Part shown: positions 52,519-64,000 of the stretch, piece by piece
Numbering within the stretch: position 1 is the first letter of the stretch
Layout of the letters: the number at the start of each line of letters is the position of its first letter
Source of the DNA: Octopus vulgaris
Taxonomy: Eukaryota
Direction: 5' to 3'
Assembly (NCBI GenBank): GCA_951406725.2
Contig: OX597816.1
Location: forward strand, 91,078,001 to 91,142,000
DNA length: 64,000 nt
Program-made: the position numbers and the translations under genes
The notes under the pieces: generated by a model
What the model saw: the letters and a program-made list of their open reading frames with translations, nothing else
Told to the model about the DNA's origin: nothing
Database searches by the model: none

Positions 52519-54327
52519 AACTCGCGGGCCGCATTGCGGCCCACTTAATATTTTCATGCGGCCCGCTGGCGATTCAAATTCTAATTCTACGTGTTATTTT
52601 CTAATTATATTTTCATCTACTTTGACAATGTATGTTGAGAAAATGAACGGACCACTGAAAACCTCAATAAAAGGAGGTAAAATGAAGGAGGTCATGGGGG
52701 TTTATGACATAGAACACCTGACTCTACGCCGTGAAGTAAGCCATTTTGTTGATGCATAATTAACAGCCATTGTTTCAGTTTCAAATCTTTTGTGGTCGGA
52801 ACAATATTGTGTTATTTCCTAACCCTGTTTACAATGTCAAGTGATAGTGATTTCAGTGGTACTTCAGTGTCTGTGGTCTAGGCTAAGCCTAATGCTAATG
52901 CTTTATGTGGAAGAGTCTTATTTATTCTTTATTTGTTTCTGATTTCTGTAATATTAATATCAGCATGATTACTTAATAATTTTAATTGTTAATTTTAATA
53001 TCTCATTATTTTTCATGGCATCTGGTACTAAGAAGAGAAAAATAACAGAAGAAAAGAGAAAATTAATTCGATTACAACTCATGGTGCTCCTGCATTAACT
53101 GGTAAAAATATTGGGTCTATTACTTTATTTCGAAGAATAGGTTGATAATGATATACTTAGCTATAACTGTTTCATTCATCAACAGCAATTATGTGCTCAA
53201 AAATTAAATATGAAACAATTGATGACAGATATTGTGAACGTTATTAATTTTATCAGATCTCGGGGCTTGAATCATCGTACATTCAAAGCATACTTGATTG
53301 AAGTTGGCAGTGAGTATGAGGACGTTATTTATTTCTCAAAAGTCAGACGGCTCAGTCAAGCAGTAACTTTGAATAGATTTCAATTATTGTTGCCTGAAAT
53401 AAAACAGTTCATGCAAAACGAAAAGCAAAATTTAGATTTTTTAGCAAATGAAAAATGGTTGAATGGTCTGTCTTTCTTAGCAGATATCACTGAAATATTA
53501 GCTGAACTTAATTTGCATTTACAAGGAAAAGACCAGTTATGTTGTTCAATGTTTGAGGGAATAACAAGTTTTACTAAGAAATTAGACCTTTACATAATAT
53601 AATTGAAGGGTGGAGAAATTGTACATTTTCAGAATTTATCTAAAAGACAAGAAAAATTTCCTGTGAACTTTGTAAAACATGTTCTATATTATGTGAAGTT
53701 TTGTCAGAAGATTTTACAACCAGAATTTTTTTACTTTAGAGAGATAGAAGCCGAACTAAAATTGCTGAGTGCTCCATTTTCATTTATTTATGTGGAAGCA
53801 CCAGTTAAATACTAGCTAGAACTCATTGAGCTTCAAAGTAGAGAAACTTTGAAAACTTATCATAGAGAATATTCCCTTCTTGTCTTTTACAAAAAATTGC
53901 ATTCTTTCAATGAATTTGATCAAATTACTAATTTAGCTACAAAACTAATGTGCATGTGAGGTAGTACATACTGCTGTGAAAAATTCTTTTCGGGTATGAA
54001 AAACATCAAAACTGTTGAAAGAAATAGGCTGAGTGATTGCCATTTAACTAACATTCTTAGAGTAAAGAATAGAACCATAAAAGCAGATTTTGGAATATCA
54101 TAAAAGGAAAGCAATGCCAAAAATCACATAGATTTTGTTTTGTGTAAGTGTAATTTCATTTTTACTGTCAATAGCACATTATTTTGTAGTTATATTTGTT
54201 ATTAAAAAGTTTATTCACTATATTTTGAACTTTTTAAAAGTCTGTATCTAATTACCTTTGTGGACCGCTAAATATACTTTAATTTATAATTTGGCCCATT
54301 AGGAAAAAAAAAGCTTGGACATCCCTC
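52501..54327 (+). mobile_element. hAT transposon (SPIN/Buster/Charlie group), internally deleted
   Basis: TIRs cagggatgtccaa / ttggacatccctc; perfect 8-bp TSD ggatatac at 52493-52500 and 54328-54335. Confidence 0.95.
53015..54131 (+). pseudogene. hAT transposase pseudogene (GTF2IRD2/SPIN-like)
   Basis: MASGTKKRKITEEKRK joins directly to ITTHGAPALTGKN, then CFIHQQQLCAQ, NFIRSRGLNHRTF, VRRLS (VRWLS), LNLHLQG and GSTYCCEKFFS...RNRLSD. Contains stops and a large N-terminal deletion. Confidence 0.92.
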
Positions 54328-54929
54328 GGATATACCAGTTTTACGTATTAAACATTCTTGGAAGCTGGTACGTAAATAGCAATGACTTGTAGGGATGTGG
54401 TATTACGTTATGTAACCATTATATAATATAAAGTATATTAAACGTCTTTATGAGTCAATACTGTGTTCTACAATGTTAGCTGTACGCTTTACATCACTCG
54501 TTAAGGTTTTCTCTATAGTTATTCTATAGAAATTATCGCCAGCCCTGACTTTTGTTACGATGTTTCGTATCCGAGATGTCAGTCTTGCAACATTAGTCGA
54601 ACAGGTTTTTACATTTAGTAGATACTTTCCAAATGGCATAATTTTTTACTAAATAGGGTGTTATAAAACTAATAGAAAGGTCTTCTGCGGCCACGTGCTA
54701 TGATCTTAAAATTCTAAATGGAAGTTACAGGTTTGTAGAAGAGAATCTACGCAGCCGTGTGTACAACTATATATATATATAGCAGTGTTTTCTACATATG
54801 TAAAAATTGTATACAACTGTGTAAGTGTATAAAACGTTGTGCACATCTGACATCTGTGTTTACAATATAAGCGTTTAAAATACAAACCATGAAATGCATC
54901 CAATATGCAAAGTATAATTCCCCAGCACA

Positions 54930-54984
54930 AACACGCACGTATACATACATACATACATGCATACATATATATATACACACACAC

Positions 54985-55033
<49 letters not shown>

Positions 55034-55410
55034 TGTAAATGTGTGTATACATATGTAGACAACATAGATAGATTGATAGATACGTGCGCGCGCGCACACA
55101 CGCACACAGATAGATAAGTAGATAGATACACACGCAGATATAATATACATTACATACAAAAATATGGACACCCACATATCTACAAGCACGTATGCGAGCA
55201 CACGGAAAAGATACACCCATGCTAACATACACACACATACCAACTGACCTATACACAATAAAATACATGCAAACACACACGCCTACTCCCACGCATTTTC
55301 GTACACACTCCCACGCATTTTCATACATAGTCTTCCATGCGCTGTCATACACATACGCGCACGTACACATACACATTCAAACACACGCATAAGCGCACAC
55401 ACGCACGCAA
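54930..55410. repeat. (CA)/(TA)-rich degenerate microsatellite block
   Basis: Read directly from the sequence. Confidence 0.9.
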
Positions 55411-56599
55411 ATAGTCTTTAACATTACTTAACATTAAAATGCTACGTCTCGTCCTATTCAACCTCATTTCCCGTTTTTTCTTTTATTGCTAAAACTAAAC
55501 TGGAAAAAAAAAAACACTCTTATAAACAAACACTAATAAAACCAAAAATTTACAGAAGCCAAACTTCCCTCCCTACCCCGACTCCCACCCGCTGCTAAAA
55601 CTCCAAATGCTTCCAGTAAGTTTTAGTTCACAGATGTCGAACTTCAAACAAAGAATGCCGAGTATATTTAGGTGCAATTGCAGCAGTATGTGAGGAGTCC
55701 GCCATGATGTGTCGACTGGTCATTCATACGGAGTAGTGATCAAAAAATAAAAATAAAATGTGGGAAAAGAAAGGAAAGAAGCAATGGAAGAAAGAAAGAG
55801 TGGAAGAGAACGAAGCAAAGACAGTAAGGAAGAGAGTAAAGAGAAATGTTTCGCCCTTTGTTGTGTGTTTCATAGTGTTTCCCCGAGTGTTCATGTTGAG
55901 AAGCCTTATGGGATCGTGTGGCAGGAGAAAGCAGTGTGCCAAGTGTAAAATAGTGACAGAGAAGAGTCGACCTTAAAATCTCACTTCTTCCCGTGAGATC
56001 AGACAAAGGAAAATATTAAATGAGACGCAAAAGCTGTTTCTTTTCTCTCTGTGTCTTTGTCCGACTGTCTGTCTGTGCTTTAAACTAGTTAGTCTTTCTT
56101 CCTCACTCCTTCAAATCTTTCATTTTGTTTCTTCTCTCTATCTATTTTCCTCCCCTCCTCCTTCCAGATTATCCCTCCTGCAATGTCTAAGGAGTGTTTT
56201 ACTAATTGAGAGTGCAAAGCAAACAGTGTAGTCGCTTCATAATTTTCATTCAGTCCTTTCACTAAGGTGAACTGTGTGGAAAATATCACGCTTCCCTCTC
56301 TATCTTCATCTCTCTCACGGCCTCGAAATAAGCTACTCTTTACCTCCACTGTTATTTTCATTTCTCTCTCTCCCTCTTTTTCTCTCACTCTCCTCCTCTT
56401 TCTTCATCTCAGCAAATATTTAACCTCTCTTTCTCTAACACATTTTCTTTCTTTCCGTCTTTTCCCACCCACCCGTCATTCGCCCACTCCACCTTCACTC
56501 TTCTTCTTCTCTCTCTCTCTCTCTCTCACCCTCTTTGAAAATTCTAACTTTACCGCATACTTAAAATAGTCTCTGTTGATCAACTGTTCATTTTATTAT

Positions 56600-57240
<641 letters not shown>

Positions 57241-58505
57241 AACTTATCTATCTGGTTTTTCTTTCATATTATTTCTCAGATTTCTCTATTTCTCTCTTCC
57301 TTTCTTTTCCCAACTATTTACTTATCTATGAATCCCACACTCATAATTCTATCCGATTTCTTTCCTCATTCACTTCAGCTTTCTTCTCATCTTTCTTCTT
57401 TCTTCCTTTCTTCCTTTCCTTCTATTTGACCGTCTATCCGTCTATTTATCTTCTCACCCACGTCCGCCCTTTTCTTTATCTTACACTTTCTAACATCAAA
57501 GGATAATTTTCCAGGCATAGAACTTGATTTTCCAGTACTCTTCCATATTTAGAGCAAAACGTACTGGTTCTTTTTCAGTTGGCGAGTTCCTTTTATCTTT
57601 CAATAGCGACTGGATAACTTTGATATCGCTATTTAATCTACATCACCCCACTGATTTCTACTTTTTACTCTTGTTCAACGCTTTACTTGCCTTTCAGAAC
57701 ATTATTGCTATGCTTAATTAATATTATTAAACTCATAGGCTAATTGCATTAACAGTTATTATAAGATAATTCTGAGTTGTCTTTACGGATTAAGTTAAAT
57801 TTAATTTTCTTAACGAGTGAATAACTAACGTAAAGAATATTTTATTAACGAAATACAGTTTTAATGTATGGGATTGGATGTTAAAAAGCACCGGTGAGGG
57901 AACATGAAGTCTTCAGATTCTATTAGATTCCAGTAGATATTTCAGAAATACGTTACTCGCGACCTGTCATCTTTCAAATAACCATTTAATTTTACTAAGA
58001 AAAGAAAATAAACTTAAATTCTGACAGCGACTCATAGAAATGCTAAAAAAAGCTGAAAAATAAATAAACACTGTTTTGATCAACTATTTCCTACGTTACA
58101 GCTTGGTCCCCTCTCTTTCGTTCTTTCTCTTCGTGAATTCTTATCCATCTAGTTGTGTCTGTTTCCCTTTCTTTCCACGAACCTCTTGCGCACAGGTCCT
58201 ATGTGTCTGAATTATATGAGAATTTACATTTAGTGAATATTCTTTTGTAATACTTTTGTTCAAATATTAATATCTTTACTTGATTTATTACATAGTCACT
58301 AGCATTAGGAATTGAAATTACATGACATTCATTTCTTTGTACCTATTTTTCAAAAGGAATTAGTAACGTAAGAGATGTGAAATAGCGACAATCAAAATTC
58401 GAAATACTTTTTAAAAAGTTTCCTCGCCGATACTTTACCACTACTCAACAATGTTGGTGACCCTTATAAATAATAATTTAGAAATCGTAATAACGCATAT
58501 GTGGT

Positions 58506-58608
<103 letters not shown>

Positions 58609-58619
58609 ACCTACACGTG

Positions 58620-58860
58620 ACGGTGCTTATGACCTAGTGTTTAGTGTGTTGCACTCACGATCGAGCGATCATCGTGATTTCAATTCCAAGACCAGTGTTC
58701 TTGAGCAAAAACACTTCATATCACGTTGCTCTGCGATCATTTCGACACCTGACTCGTGGTACACAATACACCTGTTCAGATAACGCCGATTTGATGGAGA
58801 GACTGAGCAAATGTGCGGCACGAACATTTGATTACTAGGAAGAAATCATTTGTGCATGTC
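58620..58860 (+). mobile_element. Third tRNA-derived SINE family (C), diverged; a related head lies at ~61045-61140
   Basis: Both sites have an A-box-like tgacctagt, a B-box-like ttcaattcc, then tcttgagcaa.acact. Confidence 0.55.
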
Positions 58861-58997
58861 GTTCGACGAAAGCTGATGCTCATACGTTGTCTTCGACGGG
58901 AGAGCCTATCATACACACACGTGTGTGGTGTGTATAAATATATATGTATGTGTGTGTGTGTGTGTGTACACATACATTTATACATATGTGTGTGCGT

Positions 58998-59347
58998 GTG
59001 TGGTAAGAAACTTGCTTCCCAAAAACATAGTTCCGGGTTCAATCCCACTATGTGACACCTTGGGCAAGTGTCTTCTACTATAACATCGGGTCGACCAAAT
59101 CCTTGTGAGTGGATTTGGTAGATAGAAACTGAAAAAAATCCATTGTATATGTGTGTGTGTGTGTGTGTTTGTCCCCACGCCAACGCTTAAGAACCGATGC
59201 TGATGTGTTTATATTCCTGTAACTTAGTGGTTCGGCAAAAGAGAACCATAGAATAATGCTTACAAAGAATAAGTCCTGGGGTCGAGTTCTTCGACTAAAA
59301 CCCATGCTCCTCCATGGCCACAGTCAAATGACTGAAACAAGTAAAAG

Positions 59348-59350
<3 letters not shown>
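58998..59350 (+). mobile_element. SINE family B
   Basis: Colinear with the reference copy. Confidence 0.88.
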
Positions 59351-59397
<47 letters not shown>

Positions 59398-59462
59398 TAC
59401 ATAGACACGTGCACGCATATATATGAGAAACCCCATTAAATACACGTTAATATCATTAGTCT

Positions 59463-60710
59463 TTACTTACGTTTCACCATCGTGGCTGTTTGGAACCTCT
59501 GCATTGGATGTTCCAAGAGCAATTGCATAACAGATCATCAGGGAACACTTCATTGCATTAAATTACTGAGAACTGTTTTCTGTAACATAGCGCAAAAAGT
59601 GTTCCTCGATGATCCATTGTGGTTAAACATCCAGTTGGTATCTTTCCTGTTTGGCTTTTATATTTTGAAATTTTAAAATTAAGTGAAAGTGTCCAAATTT
59701 TGTATAGTAATGTAATTTTTCACGCTGGACCTCATGTTCCAGAAAAAATTTAGAAAAGTGTTACAGAGGTTTACAGAGGTTTACTGATTGGATAAAAGCT
59801 GGCATTTTCTGCATGATAACTTTTATTAGACAAAATGAAAGCATGATGGACGTTGGAAGAAGTTTTGAAGTTTTAATAAGTATAAATGGATGAAGTCATG
59901 TGAAATGTTGGAGCAGGCAATATAAAAAAAACTCTCATTTTTTCTTTTAGGGGAAAATTATAAAATAACAAACTGTATGTTAAATAAGAACCCGTCAAAA
60001 AAAAAACTGCACTGTAGTTCAGTTCATATAAATAATTAATGTATATAATAATTAATTAATATATATAATAATTAATAGCAGAAATTCAAAGACGAAATAC
60101 ACTGGGTTAGAGTTAGGGTTTTAGTGTTAGAATTAGGATTTAAGGTTAGAGTTAGGGTTTAGCGTTGGAGTTTAGGGTTGGAATTAGAGGTGTTAGACTT
60201 AATGTCTAGGGTTGGTGTTTAGGATCAGTCCGACTAGTGGGTGACCTGGTATTAACCCATTAGTAACATATCTTTAGTGAACATTTTTTCAAAAATTTTT
60301 CTTAGACAAGTGAATAACAAAATCAGATTCAACATGAAAAATTATATCAATATACCAAATTTTGAAAAATCAATTAATTCATTTTTTGTAGTAAATTCAA
60401 AAACAAATGTTCAGGATATAGGGTACAGTAGTTTTAAGCAGGCAATAGCTTGACTTGTTACAATGGAAACAGGCACCAATGTGTCTGTGAATTACGATTG
60501 GCTAAAATTACAAATTTTAAATGCTATTAACTCATTATTTATAAAATGATAGCAAAAATGAATTTCATTGCCATTATTAGCATACAAAATTAGATCAATA
60601 CACCAAAATTGAAATCAATTAGAACAAAATAAAAGGAACTGAAAGTGAAAAACCAAACAGAAAAGATCCTCCAGTTGCACTGGAACAACCATAATGGTGA
60701 AACGTACGTA
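59463..60710. mobile_element. Putative non-autonomous TIR element containing a degenerate (TTAGGG)-like tract
   Basis: Imperfect ~29-bp inverted termini ttacttacgtttcaccatcgtggctgttt / gaacaaccataatggtgaaacgtacgtag; telomere-like repeats at ~60104-60225. Confidence 0.55.
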
Positions 60711-60943
60711 GGAACAAACAATACTGACTTGTGTTTATTTCCTACATTTGATCAGTATATCATAACAAATAATCCTACTAAGTGTATTAGTTGCTTGACC
60801 ACTATACTGGAAGCAGACTAGATGATGATAATCTACGTGGAGTTCTAAACTTAAGAGTAGTAGTCATACGTTTGTTTGTACTCGAAAGATACACTATATA
60901 AGTGTGTGTGTAGATACACACACACACACAAACACACACACAT

Positions 60944-60980
<37 letters not shown>

Positions 60981-61521
60981 CATGTATATAAAGGTATATA
61001 AATGTGTACGTATGTGCATGGTATGTATCCCTGTAAGTAAAGATATGTGACCTAGTAGTTAGGGTGTTTAGTTCAAGATCGGGTTCAATTCCTGAACCCA
61101 TGTTGTGGTCTTGAGCAAGACACTCCATTTTACGTTTCTCATCTCCGCTGAATATGAGTATCAGTTCCCTTTTTCTCTAGCTCTAAAATCCTAGACGTGC
61201 CACCAGGTCGAAGTGTGGGAGAGCCGAGATTGTATTTATGTCTGCTCGCACCTAAAAATATTAGCAAATGCACGGTTCATGTTACCAAGCCGTACTTGTA
61301 TAATAGCCGATATAATGGTCGGTTGGTTGGTTGGTTGGTTGGTTGGTTGGTTGGTTGGTTGGTTGATTGCTCAGTCACTCCTCATATCGCAGAGAGAGAA
61401 TGGGGAGAGAGTAAAAGAAGGGATACAGAAAGAAAAAGAGCGAGCGAGTTAACATTAGAGGTACAGGATGAATGGCAAGTGATGAGTAAAAGACCGCCAC
61501 ACACACATAAACACACACACA

Positions 61522-61571
<50 letters not shown>

Positions 61572-61654
61572 GGCTCATATAGTGTAGAGGAGCAAATGAC
61601 AGTAGTTATGGAAGGAGTTATACAAATGAGAAATTTGTTTGGTTTATCTTTTTA

Positions 61655-61800
61655 TTATTTATTTGTTTCAGTCATTAGGCTGCGGCCATGCTGAGGCATC
61701 GACTTGAAGAATTTTAGTCGCACGAATCAACCCCAGTACATATTTTTCTTAAAGCCTGGTACTTATTCTATCGAACTCTTTTGCCGAACCGCTACATTAC
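61655..61800 (-). mobile_element. SINE family B, 3' fragment
   Basis: tgtttcagtcatt...ggtacttattctatcg...ttttgccgaaccgct. Confidence 0.8.
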
Positions 61801-62910
61801 ACACATATTCTTTTGAAAATTAGTATTCATATCATATTGTATAAACCCTCAGAAGTCTGATAGAAGTTAAATTATAGCCATTGTATGTTATACCATATTT
61901 CCTGGTGTTACCCATGGTTGGAAAAACTATTTCCAAACTTATTATGGGGAAAACTATTTCCAAACTTATTATGACCATATTATGGGGAACGCTATATATT
62001 TCTCATTAGTGGTAGAAAGAGAGAAAAAAAGATATTAAGTGATAATTCTGTTTTAATATCTAAAGAAATAAAACATACACATATACATTTCATTTCTTTT
62101 TTTGCTTTCATTTTTTTTCATTCCGTTTAATATTAAATTTAGTTTTATTCCTTTCACGCCACTTTTTGTCTCTCTTTTCCTACTGTGAAATAGCAATATG
62201 GAACAGTAGAGAAGAAGGATATCGATAATTTATAAAGTTAAGCGAAATAACATTAGATAACATATAACAACAGAAATTTAAGTGTCTAATTTTTAAAATA
62301 TGGCCGAAATACATCTAACACAAGAATTTGTCTCATAAGAACTTGGACTTTAGAACCATAATATAGAAGGCTAAGTTAGTAGCAGTGATAGTTCTGGGAT
62401 TTTAAACTATTATTAATCACTGAATAGTAAGCCTTCTCCTATCTCTAGTCTGAGTTATATTCATGTTCATGTTATTAGAAATATTCTAGTAATTCATTTG
62501 ATATTAAATCATAAACTTGAGAGAAAAGAGGTAGATTAGTAGCGTCAGTAGAGAGTCACACAAAGTGCCTTGCCGTATTATGTCTATTTCTGTTGAGTTC
62601 AAATCATCCTATTGGAGCTAAATTGTCTTTCCTTCTTCTGGGGTACGGTTAAATAAGTACCAGTCAAGTGCTAGGGTCGAAATAATAGACTATATCCTCC
62701 CCCAAAAAATATGACCCTGTGCCTATGTTAGAAATTGATATGGCTGGTGTGTCTCATTTGCAAAGTCTTCGTATCTCCAGGGAAATAGGATTTACTATAT
62801 GTGTTCTAAATGTTTAAGATCTGAAAATATTTTAAAACACCTTTTTGCTTGGATGGAGAATTCAAACACCTGGTGTTTGATGCAACTATCAATGAAACTA
62901 CAGCAGACAT

Positions 62911-63062
62911 CAATGGCCTAGTGTGGGGTGTATGGGGCGTGCCCACAGCACAAGGCGGCCACTTCATACACGTGTATCTGTTGTAGGCGAAAGTATGTTA
63001 TGTTTAAGGATTTGAGGCGGCCAATTTGACTCCCACACAAGGCGATCAGATCCCACGCTATG
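62911..63062. mobile_element. Degenerate hAT-type MITE
   Basis: Ends caatggcctagtgtggg / cccacgctatg; 8-bp flanks gcagacat / gtagacat. Confidence 0.5.
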
Positions 63063-63230
63063 GTAGACATGCCACATATGAAAAGTTTACTTGTAGAGAA
63101 ATAAAGATACCTCTATTACACATACCACGTATGGTATGAAAGTTTACTTCTAAGGAAAAAAAAAACCCACGATAGTTGTGTAAACGTACTGCGGAAGATA
63201 TCCTGTAAAGTCATTAACTGGTCTAGAGAG

Positions 63231-63280
63231 AAACTGACACTTGGAAGTATTTTGACATATTTAAACATCTCGTCAGTACA
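63231..63280 (-). ncRNA. Decayed hammerhead ribozyme motif
   Basis: Minus strand reads CTGACGA GATGTTTAAATATGTC AAAA TACTT-CC-AAGTG TC. GAAA has become AAAA; stem III and the GUC triplet are retained; stem I is unpaired. Confidence 0.5.
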
Positions 63281-64000
63281 GGACACCAGTTTAATGTGGG
63301 ACTATCAGAAAAGAGATTCTTTTGCTGCTATTCAATATACTATGATGTCGGTATATATGTTTGCCCTAAAGACAAATCTGACATATGGATGTCGTCATTA
63401 TTATATCAAGAAGCCATTCATTATCATAATGAAGGTTCGTCAATAGCGAATTAGCAACGTAATATATATATGGATGGTGCGACAAGTTTAAAACATTTGA
63501 GGCGTAAAGAGGTTTTAAAAGTAACGGAAACGCAGACCCCAAACCCCAAACTTGAAAATGCTCGATATCCTGAAATACACCCCAGGACCCATTGAATGTT
63601 AAAAGATCAAATTGACTGACTTTTGTCATGAAAAAAAAAATATATATATTTGAAATAGATGAGTAAGGAGAGTATTATTCTGGAAAGTCGCAACTGATCT
63701 GACAAGTTTTCTGAATTCAGGAATATATAAAGTTTATAATCACCTGTGTTCACCATTTGGTCAGTGTTAGCGTATTTAATTAATGTATTTAATTAATAGA
63801 ACTGTAGAAACCTAAACTACAAATAGATACCTCGTGATAGTAAAATAATATTAGTCCATGAATAATATATGTATTTTTTTAATCAAAACTCCAGCAATTG
63901 CAAGTGAGAACTCCAAACATACTTCAACGAATTTCTAGCCTTTTTCAGCGAGGTATATTCTCATTGTAGCTGGCCGATTTTGTTGTGAACGAATCTAAAA

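Noticed and set aside
53210-53815. Possible host GTF2IRD2-like or domesticated hAT gene
   Set aside because: It lies between TIRs with a TSD and has stops, a mutated VRWLS motif and a large deletion.
61918-61975. Short direct duplication of ggaaaaactatttccaaacttattatg
   Set aside because: An ordinary local slippage duplication with no associated structure.

Overview
AT-rich, repeat-saturated eukaryotic DNA. The SINE families and the (TA)n/(CA)n/(CATA)n/(AAT)n load suggest an octopus or other coleoid cephalopod (inference from recall of these repeats, not a search). I found no intact host protein-coding gene. Almost all listed ORFs are microsatellite read-throughs or decayed transposon frames. 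Mobile-element content: a truncated RTE-type LINE (143-2342); two mariner relics, one split by a non-autonomous Helitron; a second Helitron; R4/Dong-type REL-endonuclease LINE fragments next to (TAA)n tracts; an IS630/Tc1-like relic; a Chapaev3-like relic; a SPIN/Buster-type hAT element with a perfect 8-bp TSD; several MITEs; and dozens of copies of two tRNA-derived SINE families. Most notable: (1) head-to-tail SINE multimers, each bounded by one TSD and with a fixed tail order; (2) hammerhead-ribozyme motifs, including a near-intact type I hammerhead at 52282-52334 (-) and a tandem pair of minimal hammerheads in ~210-bp repeats at 4611-5020 (-); (3) a 37-bp tandem amplification of a hAT insertion junction; (4) a long palindrome split by a TSD-flanked SINE. 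Coordinates were read by eye; ends of degenerate elements are approximate.
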